From Candidatus Iainarchaeum sp. (GTDB taxonomy: Archaea > B1Sed10-29 > WALL01), in the NCBI GenBank assembly GCA_023129115.1, contig JAGMCR010000011.1:1-64000 (forward strand): a stretch of 64,000 bases of DNA, read 5' to 3'. Below are positions 38,001-48,500 of this stretch, piece after piece. The position numbers and the translations under genes are program-made. Every line of letters begins with the position of its first letter. Positions within the stretch are counted from its first letter, which is position 1. The notes beneath the pieces were generated by a model that saw only the letters and a program-made list of their open reading frames with translations, was not told the origin of the DNA and searched no databases.

Positions 38001-41000
38001 GCCTCGGACATTACCACGGGCGTGACCACGTCGTCCGCCAGCGCGAACTTCCTCACGAGCTGGAGGTTGTCGCTCTGCTTGAGCTCTTCCGCGGCCCTTA
38101 TCACGGCCATGCTGAACTGCTCGGCGTCACAGATGTACGCGATGTCGTTGTACGAGGCGCACGAGTCAGGAGTTATCTTGCTTGCCCTGATGCTTTCCCT
38201 GAACGTCTTGGTGGCCCTGAACTGCTGCCTGGCCTCTGGCCCGCCCTCGAACGCGCAGCTGAACATTATCGAGTAAGTCCCGGTGTCGAGCGCGTCACTC
38301 GTCTTCGGCTCTGCCTCGACCTCAATCTTGTTCACGCTCGGCGCGAGGTTGCACCCGGTGCCGGGCGGCTTGGCGCTTATCCACAGCTCTGCCCGGCCGC
38401 GCGCCGGGATGTCGCTGTCCTCGCCCACGAGCTCAAAGCCCTGCGCGTCGAATATTTTCACTCCACTGTCCAGCCCGTAGTTCTGTCCCTGCGGGTCGTT
38501 GTCGAGCTCTTCGTCCAGAGTCAATTCGAGTACCTCGTCCCAGTTATTCGTGACCACGGTGTAAGTGACGGCCTTGCTCGGCGTGTCGTCGTCCAGCACA
38601 ACACTGTTGTTTGCGGTCACCGGCTCGATGAGCGTGCCGTGCACTTCGTACGACCTCTCGAGCCAGCCGAACTCGGGGTGGCTCGCCTGCACCTTGAGGA
38701 AGCCCCAGTCAAAGTCAAGCCCTGCCGGGAGCGTTGTGTAGACTGTCTTGTTCCTGAAGCCGAGCGCCCTTGCCGCCCAGTACTCTTCCCCGCTCTTCGA
38801 GAGGCGTATCGCGTCGGCGTGCCCGTTTGTGTCGAACCCGTCCCCAATCACTTCGCCCTTCGGCTCCTCGAAGCTCTTCCGCAGCACCACGACCTGTATT
38901 TCTTTTGCGTGCGTGCTGAGCGCATTAAGCTCCGCGCCGCCAGCGCCCATTGCCACGAGCCCGAACTCGTAGCTAATCGCGGCGTGCGGGACTGTCTTCC
39001 ACACCTGCTCCTCCAGCCCCTCGGCCCAGAGGTAAACGTTGATTCCCCCGCCGTTCGCAGAAGCGCCCGTGCCGGTTATCACTGCTTCCCTTATCCCGTT
39101 CGCCGGCAGCTCGACTTTGTCGGGGTAGTCCAGGCCCTCGATGCCTGTGCCCTCGGCCCTTAGCAGGACTTCCTTGGCCGTGGCCTCGGCATTCCTGAGC
39201 CCCACTTTTATCTTGAACTCCCTGCCCTCTGCGCGGAACAGGTCATAGCTTGGCATTGTCCCGCCGGCAGGCATCTCGCCCTCGGCACAGCTGCCGGTGT
39301 AGGGCGGGCTCGGGCAAAGCGTGGTGAGCACGCGCATCCTGGCCTCGACATTGGGGATGACTGTCTCTTCGAACCCCTGCGAGATGTCCTTCACGCGGTA
39401 GTGGAGCGTGTTCTCGAGGTCGTTGAGCACCGCAATCTCCGCGTCTGCAGAGCCGTTCGGCCGCATCGAGACAACGAGGTGCAGCTCGTCGTCCACGTCC
39501 AGCGCGTAGTAGTCCTTTTCCTGTTTCGCCGGCGAAATCGTGGCGGGCAGCGACCCGTCGAGCTCTTCTGAATAAATCGTCCGCACCTTGCCGTCCGCCT
39601 TTTTTATCACGCCGCGGTAGGCGAGCGGAAGCATGTGCTTTTCCCCTGCACTCATGGGCGGGAACGAGTCTATCTTCACGACGTAGCTGTCGCTTTCCCT
39701 CGCCGCAATCGCCCGCACGTGCAGGAACGCGGTCGAGCCAGTGGTGAACATGGGCACGCCGTCTTCCTCGACCTGGATTTCCTCTTGGTCAATGGGGAAG
39801 AATGGCAGGCCCAGCTCTTCCTTTTTTTCCGCCTGTTCCTCGCCCTCTATCTCGGGGCTGGTGCTGAGGAACCGGTTGTACGAGCTGAAGTCGCCGGTCG
39901 CCGGGAACCACCCTGCCTTGTCTTCTCCCGCGCCAAGCACGTTAAGCGTCGCCTCTGCCCAGTCGCCGCCGTGGCTCGTGAAAATCCTTCTCTCGCTGTC
40001 GGTCCAGCTGGCGCGGTAGCGCACAGTGACCTCGCCGCTTGCCTCTCCCCTCGCGAACAGCGGAATTTCTATCTCATAAACAGTTGGCTCGTAGTCAGTA
40101 ATCGTAAACCTCAGGTACTTGCTTGACGTGCCCGGGCTTCCGTACACAGAGTCCTGGCCGTACGTGTAAGCGTCGCTCGCCGCGACAGTGACGCGCGGCC
40201 GCTGCTGCTTGTCGAACACGTAAGTGTCTATGGAGCCGAGCACCACGGGCGTCTGTATCGGGTTGGACTTGTCGCCCGGGTCGCCCACCCATATTTCGGC
40301 TACCGCCTTGTCGTAGTTTTCGCGCGTTTTCTCGTCCGCGTACGGCAGCTCAATCACGAGCTTGGCGGTGTACAGCTTGCCGGCGGAGAGCTCGCCCGCC
40401 TCTGGCGGGGTGAACGAGACAGTGCGCGTGATTTGGCTCAAGTCAATTTCCATGTCCCTGTCGGAGTTGAGCGTGAACGGGCTTGTGGTTGTGGGCCCGA
40501 AGTCCCCCATGTCCCCGTGGTACTCTGCCTCGACATAGACTTTTTTGCCGCGGTACGTCGTGAACTTGACGCGGCGGTTCTCGCCGCTTTTCCCGCTGTC
40601 CAGCTTTTCGGGCACGCCGTAGCTGATGTCGTAAAGCGTTACCTTGACGTCCTTGGCCGGGTTGTGGTTGACCTTGGTGAGCACGCGGAGCTCGACTTCT
40701 GCCGGGGCCACGAGCAGCTTCCGCTCGACTGTCGCCCCTGCGGCGAGCGTGATTTTCTCGCTCTCCTGGTAGCCAATCGCGCCCGGCGGCGTCGCCCTAA
40801 GCCTGTAGTCGCCGGCCAGCACTTTCCTGAACTCGCACATCCCGCTGCTGGGAGTGGTGCACGTCTTGTACACCATGCCGCTTTCTGTCACCAGGTCAAT
40901 CCTGACCTGCGCGAAGCCTTCCTCTATGCCCTTGGCGTTCAGTGCGGTCGCCCTGATGGTGCCGGAGTTGCTGTCGTCCAGCTTTTCCAGCACTATCTGC

Positions 41001-42445
41001 GAGTCGACCCCGCCGGTGACACTCGTCTCCAGCGGAATATAGTCCTCGTGGATTATTTGTGCGTCGTAGAGCTCGCCCTTGTCGAGCACGAGCGTCGCGC
41101 GGCCCTGGAAATCGGTCTTTTTCTCGATTATTGGGTCACCCATGACGCGGACAGTGGCGTACGCGACGGGCTTTTCGCCCACAACTGTTATCGTGGTCGG
41201 GAACCCCCTCTGCAGTACGAGCGAGAGCTCCTGCTGCCGCGTCTGTATCATCAGCCCGCTCTTGGTCGGGCGGTATACGTCCATTGAGTCTTCTGCCTTG
41301 ACGTAGTAGTTCTGCCCCGACGGGAGCACGAGCGTCGCGGTCCCGTTTTGGGTCCTGTCCTCGACAATGGTGTTGTCGTACCCGGTCTCGAGCAGCACGT
41401 CCCCCGAGTCCACGGCAGTTATTGTTATGCCGTCGAGCGCTTCGCCAGTGTCTGCCCTGACCGTGACGTAGGTCGAGTAAGTGACGTCGGTCTCTGGCTC
41501 GCTGCTGTTGCCGCCTGGCGGCACCGGGTCGTCGCCGGGCGGGATGAACTCATCCTTTCGCGTGTCTTGGCCGCACGTGTCGGCGTCCTGCGCGTTGTTG
41601 ATGCCGTCGCCGTCCACGTCGAGGTCGTCGACGTCAAAGATTCCGTCGTTGTCGTTGTCCTTGTCGCGCGAGTCGGGAATGCCGTCGGCGTCGCAGTCGC
41701 CCTGGCCAATGATGTCGCCGCCCGCGCCGCGCTTGCTAATCGTGACTTCCCCGCGCTCAATCATTTCGTTGCGGAGCTCGTCGATGAAGAGCGTGCGCTG
41801 GTGCCCCAAACAGCTGACCTGTATCTGGTAGTCGTCCTGCAGGCATACTGAGTCGTCGAGGAACATGGTGTTGCCGTCGATTCCCCAGTCGATTTCGATG
41901 GGGTCGCCGCCGTCCAAGGCAACAACCGAGCAGTCCACCAATGGCGTGTTGCCTTCGCCGACTACTGTGGCTGTCGAGTACTCTTCTGAGATAGTGCTGC
42001 ATCCCGCGAACTGCGGCGTCACCCTGCACAATAGGTCGAACTCTATTTCGCCGGGCGGCACAATGAACTCGGATTGGCTTTCGCAGTCCGCGCTGCTTGC
42101 CTCGACCTTGATTTCTTCTCCTGCCGGCAGCTCCAGCTCCGCAACACCGTCGCTCCCTGTCATCGCTTCAAGCCCAAATGCCGCCACAGTGGCGCCCTCG
42201 AGCGGTGTTTCGGCGGACGTGACTGTGACAGTGACTATGCCTGTGCCAAGCCCTGCGCCCATCAGGACATACGCAGCCAATGCAGCCACAATAATAAGCA
42301 CTCCCGCCACAAGCGGAAGAGACGGAATGCCGGCGTTTTCGATTGGGTCTATTATATTGTAGACTGGCACGCCTTTGTCGCTCAAAGAGTCCAGAAGCGC
42401 GTACCATTTGTCTTCAATCTGCCGGTATATTGCTGCCGCGTCCAA
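35045..42445 (-). CDS. Giant membrane-anchored surface protein 3 (2466 aa) with C-terminal hydrophobic hairpin
   Basis: Same N-domain, TM, repeats and CDAEQ core; thrombospondin type-3-like DxDxDG repeats; two hydrophobic Gly/Ala-rich helices near the C-terminus. Confidence 0.88.
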   Translation of the reverse strand: MDAAAIYRQIEDKWYALLDSLSDKGVPVYNIIDPIENAGIPSLPLVAGVLIIVAALAAYVLMGAGLGTGIVTVTVTSAETPLEGATVAAFGLEAMTGSDGVAELELPAGEEIKVEASSADCESQSEFIVPPGEIEFDLLCRVTPQFAGCSTISEEYSTATVVGEGNTPLVDCSVVALDGGDPIEIDWGIDGNTMFLDDSVCLQDDYQIQVSCLGHQRTLFIDELRNEMIERGEVTISKRGAGGDIIGQGDCDADGIPDSRDKDNDNDGIFDVDDLDVDGDGINNAQDADTCGQDTRKDEFIPPGDDPVPPGGNSSEPETDVTYSTYVTVRADTGEALDGITITAVDSGDVLLETGYDNTIVEDRTQNGTATLVLPSGQNYYVKAEDSMDVYRPTKSGLMIQTRQQELSLVLQRGFPTTITVVGEKPVAYATVRVMGDPIIEKKTDFQGRATLVLDKGELYDAQIIHEDYIPLETSVTGGVDSQIVLEKLDDSNSGTIRATALNAKGIEEGFAQVRIDLVTESGMVYKTCTTPSSGMCEFRKVLAGDYRLRATPPGAIGYQESEKITLAAGATVERKLLVAPAEVELRVLTKVNHNPAKDVKVTLYDISYGVPEKLDSGKSGENRRVKFTTYRGKKVYVEAEYHGDMGDFGPTTTSPFTLNSDRDMEIDLSQITRTVSFTPPEAGELSAGKLYTAKLVIELPYADEKTRENYDKAVAEIWVGDPGDKSNPIQTPVVLGSIDTYVFDKQQRPRVTVAASDAYTYGQDSVYGSPGTSSKYLRFTITDYEPTVYEIEIPLFARGEASGEVTVRYRASWTDSERRIFTSHGGDWAEATLNVLGAGEDKAGWFPATGDFSSYNRFLSTSPEIEGEEQAEKKEELGLPFFPIDQEEIQVEEDGVPMFTTGSTAFLHVRAIAARESDSYVVKIDSFPPMSAGEKHMLPLAYRGVIKKADGKVRTIYSEELDGSLPATISPAKQEKDYYALDVDDELHLVVSMRPNGSADAEIAVLNDLENTLHYRVKDISQGFEETVIPNVEARMRVLTTLCPSPPYTGSCAEGEMPAGGTMPSYDLFRAEGREFKIKVGLRNAEATAKEVLLRAEGTGIEGLDYPDKVELPANGIREAVITGTGASANGGGINVYLWAEGLEEQVWKTVPHAAISYEFGLVAMGAGGAELNALSTHAKEIQVVVLRKSFEEPKGEVIGDGFDTNGHADAIRLSKSGEEYWAARALGFRNKTVYTTLPAGLDFDWGFLKVQASHPEFGWLERSYEVHGTLIEPVTANNSVVLDDDTPSKAVTYTVVTNNWDEVLELTLDEELDNDPQGQNYGLDSGVKIFDAQGFELVGEDSDIPARGRAELWISAKPPGTGCNLAPSVNKIEVEAEPKTSDALDTGTYSIMFSCAFEGGPEARQQFRATKTFRESIRASKITPDSCASYNDIAYICDAEQFSMAVIRAAEELKQSDNLQLVRKFALADDVVTPVVMSEARMAHGSRYISDVVHKAAFAKDGSLVISQEQIGCGVVTILFEKGLGEKITANIDMDAGWGWCGQSPNVFLGMMNYDEGLRDEARTFLIVKYAGFTQDSDLNKFTSTVYKYVPKEHLFGNFDPEEVVGESEAPHVVSYREFTASEYAELTDPKHKWLKPEYESTGFFNIDSYGDVQMGIVYEREDNLERHRECMLSNLALYWTLGDSGSLRLTGNSQQVFDLDKCVQAGGLEIPKISMKLHSLTPYELGAKATGDPTISVEIEVEGEVATCHVWNYDGERGSQSPATYGAPYGKDFYPWKDENTLMVYEWNLNQESDGMYTVKAACVSPDGLWSTRESMQIILDRNAPVITIEKMDRATTEETVKATFTVTDKYEVAECKIIGECPPELHESTCSVGIPVDDPLLGNKYTVTCDTPPLALNEDIMDRCEPTATGHNRLNITCTDVHGNTAGKEKTVFRMSTAEIGIQYSCESYRDPPVTELERMKTLDGPTPDAKCDQDKGEVHGFMEMGGYFIVNTDNLVIPISVSAENPLTGCSISNSMGVSVSCGPPTKSISDYKKFYNCPTISPSGDRVITREGRNTGIQIQCAEIGVPVMMSRALDPIVLDTTPPVTTYVGLSQATGDERKVKAPQNLRTNFVGVDSNGKAVGDYASTAKVYTGIGKGGEGGCASVAWEAGFEVNDFDNVANIRLSDEELAGYGIDASAFERFTKVGISVKDKTVKLDEEYHSMVQLDTKALETGKKRWRYFASTSFTEEDQDEGGYSVCYYAEDRVGNKEDVNRDGEFNSALGCKTLGYGECVGGEYKHCMYTYVAYDNMQDCHDEVCEGFWKGAFIAIGAAALAALIVISLVALNVITVGLTTPLTIVGVAGVIGIVVLGLGGMGLGHIACDAAEIDMGIGVAAPSGYDVVIDGCFASWDLLNDYEDYGEWLNEDECRAASRDSGYFADGISFDFVSCESNWDYWYEWREGTKTCETQSDTEVDAVPIV

Positions 42446-42521
42446 AGAGAACCACCTTTGCTTATGGTTATCATTAAGAGTATATAAATATTGGGCGGGG
42501 GTTAGCCACCCATCTGCTTAA

Positions 42522-45500
42522 TTACTCCGAGGGCTCTTCTGTTGTTTCTTCAGGCGATGACTCTTCCTCGGGTATTGCCCTTTCGGCGCTTTCGGTCACC
42601 CATGACTTAAATGTGTTCAGCGGTGCTATTGGGTCTTTTGATGCCAGTGAGCCCCCCACGGGAACCGTATCCCTCTGGATTGTAACGATACAGAGGTAGT
42701 CGTTGCAACCGTCTGCACACACTGATAGGGTGCCCATCATGGCCCCACCGGAGGATAAGTCTGTCCTGCCTGCCCTGGCTGAGATGACATACCTTTGCGG
42801 CTTGCTGGGTGATGCCGGTTCTGCATATTTCGATGTGCAGACAAGGGCCTGGTAGTTGTCGGGCACTGCAACCTTAAAGATTAGGATGCCGGGGTGCAGG
42901 AATGCCGCAGCCGCCTCGGTCACCACTCCAGTTCCTTCCCAGAGCGATTCGCCTTTGTCGCTGTAGTCGCAGATGAGGTTGGTGTCGTAGTCTTCCATCT
43001 TGGACTGCACTGTTGCGCTGAGTATGCCGCCTGTCAGCCTCGCACCCGCTGCGCCGGCGCGTATGGCCCAGAAGGCGGGCTTGGATGCTTCGAACATTGC
43101 CCGGAGCACTGCACCGCCGGCGAATAGCCGCATCGGCATTTCGAGTGCCACTGTCTCGTAAGACGGCTCTTCAAACGTGCCGGTTGCCGTGTCCATGAAA
43201 GACAGCTGTTCGAACGGGGCGTTGGTGTGGCCGAAGCTGGCTCCTCCTGTCAGGAGGAGAACTCCTCCGGGTCCGGTAAAGCCAGATGCTGGGCCTAAGC
43301 TGCCTCCTGCACCGGCACCTAGACCACCACCAGTGGCTCCGCCACCGAGGCCTCCGCCTAAGCCACCACCGCCGGGTGGGATAATCTCATCCGGGATTAA
43401 GACTTCGTCAGAGTAATCGATTGTAGCGAAATCGTCATCCCACTCCATTGCGTCGCGGCCGAGATCGTCACTGACCTGCTCTGGATTTGTCACGTCGTCT
43501 ATATCGTCTTCCCAGGTGACTCGGTCGTTCTGCCTAGCGTTTCCTCTTTCTCGCCCTGCCTCCTGGTTGACTTCCCGGTTTTCTTCACTTGGCTCGCCCG
43601 GCGCCTGCGGTGGCAAGCTTTTCGCCGCCCTCATAGTGTTTATCAGGACGTCAATTGCTGTCCAGCACACTCCTGCGCTGGCGCAGTCGATGTTCCCGCG
43701 GCTGATTGTCTTGTGGTAGAGCTTTTTCTGGTGCAGGTTCCGGATGTCCTCGTTGCTTGGCTCGCCGTCGGTCATTATGACGAACGAGTAAACGCCGTCT
43801 TCGTCCATGGTGGAGTCAGGCAGGAACGTGCCGTCTGATATCGTGACCGAACCTTCGGCGCCCACATCATAGAATCCAGCGGCCTGTATCTGGTCAGGCG
43901 TTGCATCCATCCTTATGAGCTCGCACGCCTTGACTGCCATGTCGGTAACATCGCCTGTGTCCATGGCCTGCAGCTGCATATCTGCGCGAGTACTCGAGTC
44001 TACCACAATCCGGTTACCGACCTGGTCATAACAGCTCAAGTGGAACGGGTGCTGCATGTTCATGAGAACCACTGGCCACCTGGCGTATTCGTCTTCAGTC
44101 TCCGCGCGGTAGTCGCATGTGGCGCCCATGTATGTGTCAAGGCCGCGGCTTACCTGGCTCAGCCCGCACTTGTAGAGCAGGTAGCTCTCCACGTCACCAA
44201 GAATGTTTACGTGGACCTCACAGTTCACTATGCTTGAGTAGTCGTCCTTGACACTGAACTTCATGGTCGGCGCCATGTCCCTCTTCTCCGGGTCATTCAC
44301 GTCCCAGCCGTCACGGCCCCACGCGTTCATCTCGAAGTCCGTGAGTATCTCTGGAGCTGTTTCGTCCCACGTCCACTCGAACGACTTGCTCGTCGCCATC
44401 TTTTTCTCGCTCATGTCTGTGCACGTGATTTCCACGTCGTTCACCGCGTCCTGCTTGAGCTTGATTGGGCACGTCACGCGCAGGCTGCGGAGCGAGCCCG
44501 CGCTCACTGCCTCGGCCTCGCACGTCTGTGTTGCTGCGGCGGCAGTTGGCCACCTGAATACGTTCTCCTCCTCGACCTTGCCGGTGTAGCTCTCGGTGTG
44601 CGCCACAACACTGTACGCGCACGCCGAGGCGGGGTCAAGCCCGTCCATATCAGTGACAGTGAAGCCAAGCTCAAACACGTCTGACTCAGCAGTTGGGGTC
44701 ATGGTGAACCCGTCTCCCCATTCCTTGGTCCCGGACAGGGCCTGGGGCATGTCGAGGTTGTCGAACCAGAATATGCGGCTCAATGGGTCCTCGTCCTCGT
44801 TCGTGCCCATGATAAAGTCGTCCGGCACGCTGAACTCCGGCTTCTCGCTGCTGTACCTGAAGATGTCAATCGTGCCGAGCGTGGCCTCGTTGCCGACCGC
44901 GTCCCTGCACCACAGCTCCACCTGCGTGACCGCGTCTTCCTCCTCCATGTACGGCGACCAGCACTGGACTTGTGCATTCTGGTAATGCTGGTCTGCCCAC
45001 CTGCCTTCTGGCGGTATGTAGCAGCACCCGTCCATGTAGCCCATTATTCCGTCCTCTGCGTCGGTGCCCATCAGCGCGCCCGGCTTGCCGTCTTTAATCA
45101 CGCTGTTCGCGTTGTCGTCTGTCTGGTCCTTCGTCGGGTCAAAGATTCCGTCGTAGTCATCGTCACAAATCTCGTAGTTCGGCATGTCAAGCACGTCGGC
45201 CCGCAGCTCGCAGTACACGACCTCCGAGAAGCGGTCCCTTATCCAGATGTACTCGCCCTCGGTCGGGGGCACCATGGTTGCCGTGTCGTGGGTGGTCACG
45301 AGCCTCGGCAATGGCCTGATGAGCGTCATCGCGGAGTCGTCCAGCATAATGCTGTCAGTCACCTTGTGCGACGGCACGCCGTTCTCGTCCACGCAGTACG
45401 CGTTCACGTACTTCATGCCGCTCCCGCTCGGGAGCTCCCACGGAATTGCCAGCACATACGTGTCATCGCCCATGTCGATTAGCATGTCGGTCGTCACTTC

Positions 45501-48500
45501 CTCCAGTGGCGCGCCGCTCGCGTCTAGGTTGGACACGATACAGAACGACGGCTCGCCTGTGACCGTGAGCTCGACGTTCACGTCCGTCGTGCCGACAAGC
45601 TCGTGGTTGGCGGTCCCCTCTGGGTCGAAGCCGTAAAGCTTGAACTCGTCCGGAGACTCCTCAATAATTGTTGGGCCCTGCAGGTCAAGCAGTATGTCCG
45701 CGAGCGGGTAGAACGCCGGGTCCATCGCGCTCTGGAACGTTCCGGTGTCCCACTCCCAGCCGCTTGACTCGCCGGTGATGAGGTAATTCAGCAGGGCCTT
45801 TGCGTAAACAGCGCGGTACGCGGGAATCTGGGTGTAGGCGCCGCCCGCGCCGACAATCCTGTTCTCGTCGTACACCATGCCTGCGAGCACGTCCTTCTGC
45901 TCTGTGACGTGGAAGTAGCCGATTATCGGGTGCTCGCTGCTCAGCCTCTTCACAGCGTAGCTCGGGCACTTCCCTGTCTCCTTGCGCTCGCACTCCTGAT
46001 AGTTGAAGAACGACGCCGCCTGCGAGCCGCTCCGCTCCTCAATGTCGTCCGGCTCGTAGCCGAACAGCAGTGCGGCGTCAATGTCGTTGCCCTGCTCCTT
46101 GGACTTCTGGATTGCCTCGAGGAACAGCCGTGCCTCGCCCGCGAACGACATGAAGTAGCCGAAGTCGGGCCGCAGTAGCTTGTCGAAGTTCATGAGCCCG
46201 ATGACGTAGTGCGGGTGGTTCTTCTGGCACCACGTCGCGCCCGTTGTTATCACGTCGAACGAGACGTTCACGTCCTCGTCAAGGTTTATCTTGGTAAAGT
46301 TGACCAGGAGTATGCCGCACGAGGGGGTGTTCGTGAGCACTATGTCGCTCGTCGAGGACTGTAGGGCGGCAGCGGACTTGGCGTATATGTTCGCGACCTT
46401 GTCAATGCCCTCCTTGTTTTCCTTCACTGCCTCGTCCATGATTGCGGCAGAGAACTCGTCGTTGCCGAACGCGTAGTACTTGTAGTCATTGATTGACCCT
46501 GGCCTCTGCAGCAGCGAGTCCGCGGCCTTGGCGATTGCCACGCTGAGCTGCTCCGAGTCGCAGATGAACGCGTACCCGCCGTCCGCGGCGGCGGAGCAGG
46601 AGTCCATCGTAATCCTTTCCGGCGTCAATGTCTCGCGCGACACGAAGTTCGTGACCAGCGGCCGGGTTGGCGCCTCCACTCCCGTAACCTCACACGTCAG
46701 CTCGAGCGTGTAGTGCGCCGGCCTCGGCAGCTTGTCCACCTCGATTTCGAGTATGGTCGGCTCGATGTCGAGGCGGCACTTCGCCGTCCTGGCGGTCGCC
46801 GCAATGATTATTTCGGCCCAGCCCTCTGCGGGAATGGCGATTGCCTTGTTCAGGTCAGCGCCGCTAAGCGTCTCGAGCAGCACGCTCGGGCTGCCGCCCG
46901 TGTGCGTCTTGACCGTCATCACTATGTCCCAGCCCTCGCGCTCGAGGTCGCTCAGCTCGAACGACACCGCTTCCTTCCAGCTGCTGAAAATCTTGATGGT
47001 CGTGGGCTTTGTCTCGCCGAGCTTGAACGTGTTCCGCAGCACCACCGGGTAGTCGGGGTCGAACACGAGGCCGGAGACCTCGGACTCGTACTCAAGCCCC
47101 CCGAACAAGGGGCTGTCCGCGATTACCTTCACGCCGTCTTCCGACTGGAGCGGCTTGTCCGCGGGCACCTCGAACTCGAAGTACGGCTCTGCCTGGAGCA
47201 CGAGAGTCGCCTTGCCGCGGTTCCTGCCTGCGTGGACGTCCGCCTGGTTGTCGATAAGGGTGTCAGCGCCCATCGCCGTCTGGACAGTGCCCTCTCTCCT
47301 GATTATCTTGATTTGCAGCTCGTCAGTCGCCTCGCTTATCGTGGTCTCCACAGCGCCAAGGCTGAACGGCGTGACCTGCATCGAGTAGTCCACCGGGCCA
47401 TAGGCCACCATAGCCCACGGCGCTGTCGGCTGCGCAGTGCCCGACTCCCAAATGTAAACGCTTATTGTGTTCTGGGCAAGCGAGGAGCCGTACCCCGAAA
47501 TCACCATTGTCTCCGGCGCCGCCACCGTGGCCTCGTAGTAATTTGCGCTTGTCTCGTCGAACTTGATTGTCGAGTCAGCCGCCTCGAAGAGCACGCTCGC
47601 GGTCGCGTTGCCCTCGAGCTCGAGCGTGAGCTTGAACTTCTTGTTGTTGGTCGGGAGCGTCATGCCCTCGGGGTACTCGAAGTAGCACGAGCTGCTGTCG
47701 CCGAGGCCGTTGTCGTATCCTGGCACGCAGAAGCTGCTCGCCGCAGTGAGCGTCGCGGTCACGCCGACAATCGGGGTCGACCCGGTCCGGGCCTTGCGCG
47801 TGACCTCGTACGGCATGGAATTGTCGTAGTCGCTGAACACGGTGAGCGTTCCCTTGCCGCGCGCGGTTCCGCGCAGCGCGACAGTGAGCTCGAGCTCGTC
47901 GTCCTTCCCGAGCCTGTACGCCTCCTCGGAATTGCTTATCGTGAAGTCCGCGCCCGAGAGCGGGAACTCCGCGACGTTCACAGTACTGCCGGACGCGCGC
48001 GTTATCTTGCCGGAGTACGACAGCGCCTCGACCTTGTCGGGGATGTTCTTGACGTCAACGCTCCACGCAGTGATTGCTGAGCGTGCCTTGCCGTTCACGT
48101 GCAGGTAGAACTTCGAGCCCTCTGGCACCAGGGGCTCGCTAATCGCGTCCTTGCCGAGCTGCTTCGTGAAGTACGCGGAGTACGAGTAGAAGTTCCCTGT
48201 CTCGAGCTCGTTGTCCACGTCTGCCTCGCCAGTGAGCTTCACGCTGGTCTCGCTCCAGAGGCCCTCGTTGCTCGTGATTTCCTCGCCGCCGGCCTCCCAC
48301 GTCGCGCGGTAGCTGATTTTCACGTCGCCGCTCGCCGCGAGCTCGCGCGCATAGACCGGGATGTCGACAGTGTAAATCGTCGGGCGCGTGTACTTGTCGA
48401 TTGTGACCTTGATGTACTTGGAAGTGCCGTCGTCGCTTGTCTTCGGCTTGGACTGGTACTCGTAGTCGTCCGCCTTGGTAATGGAGCCCACGAACGGCTC

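Noticed and set aside
42497-42506. GGGGGTTAGC 10-mer identical to the inner stem of repeat copy D
   Set aside because: No conserved outer arms or complementary half; may be chance
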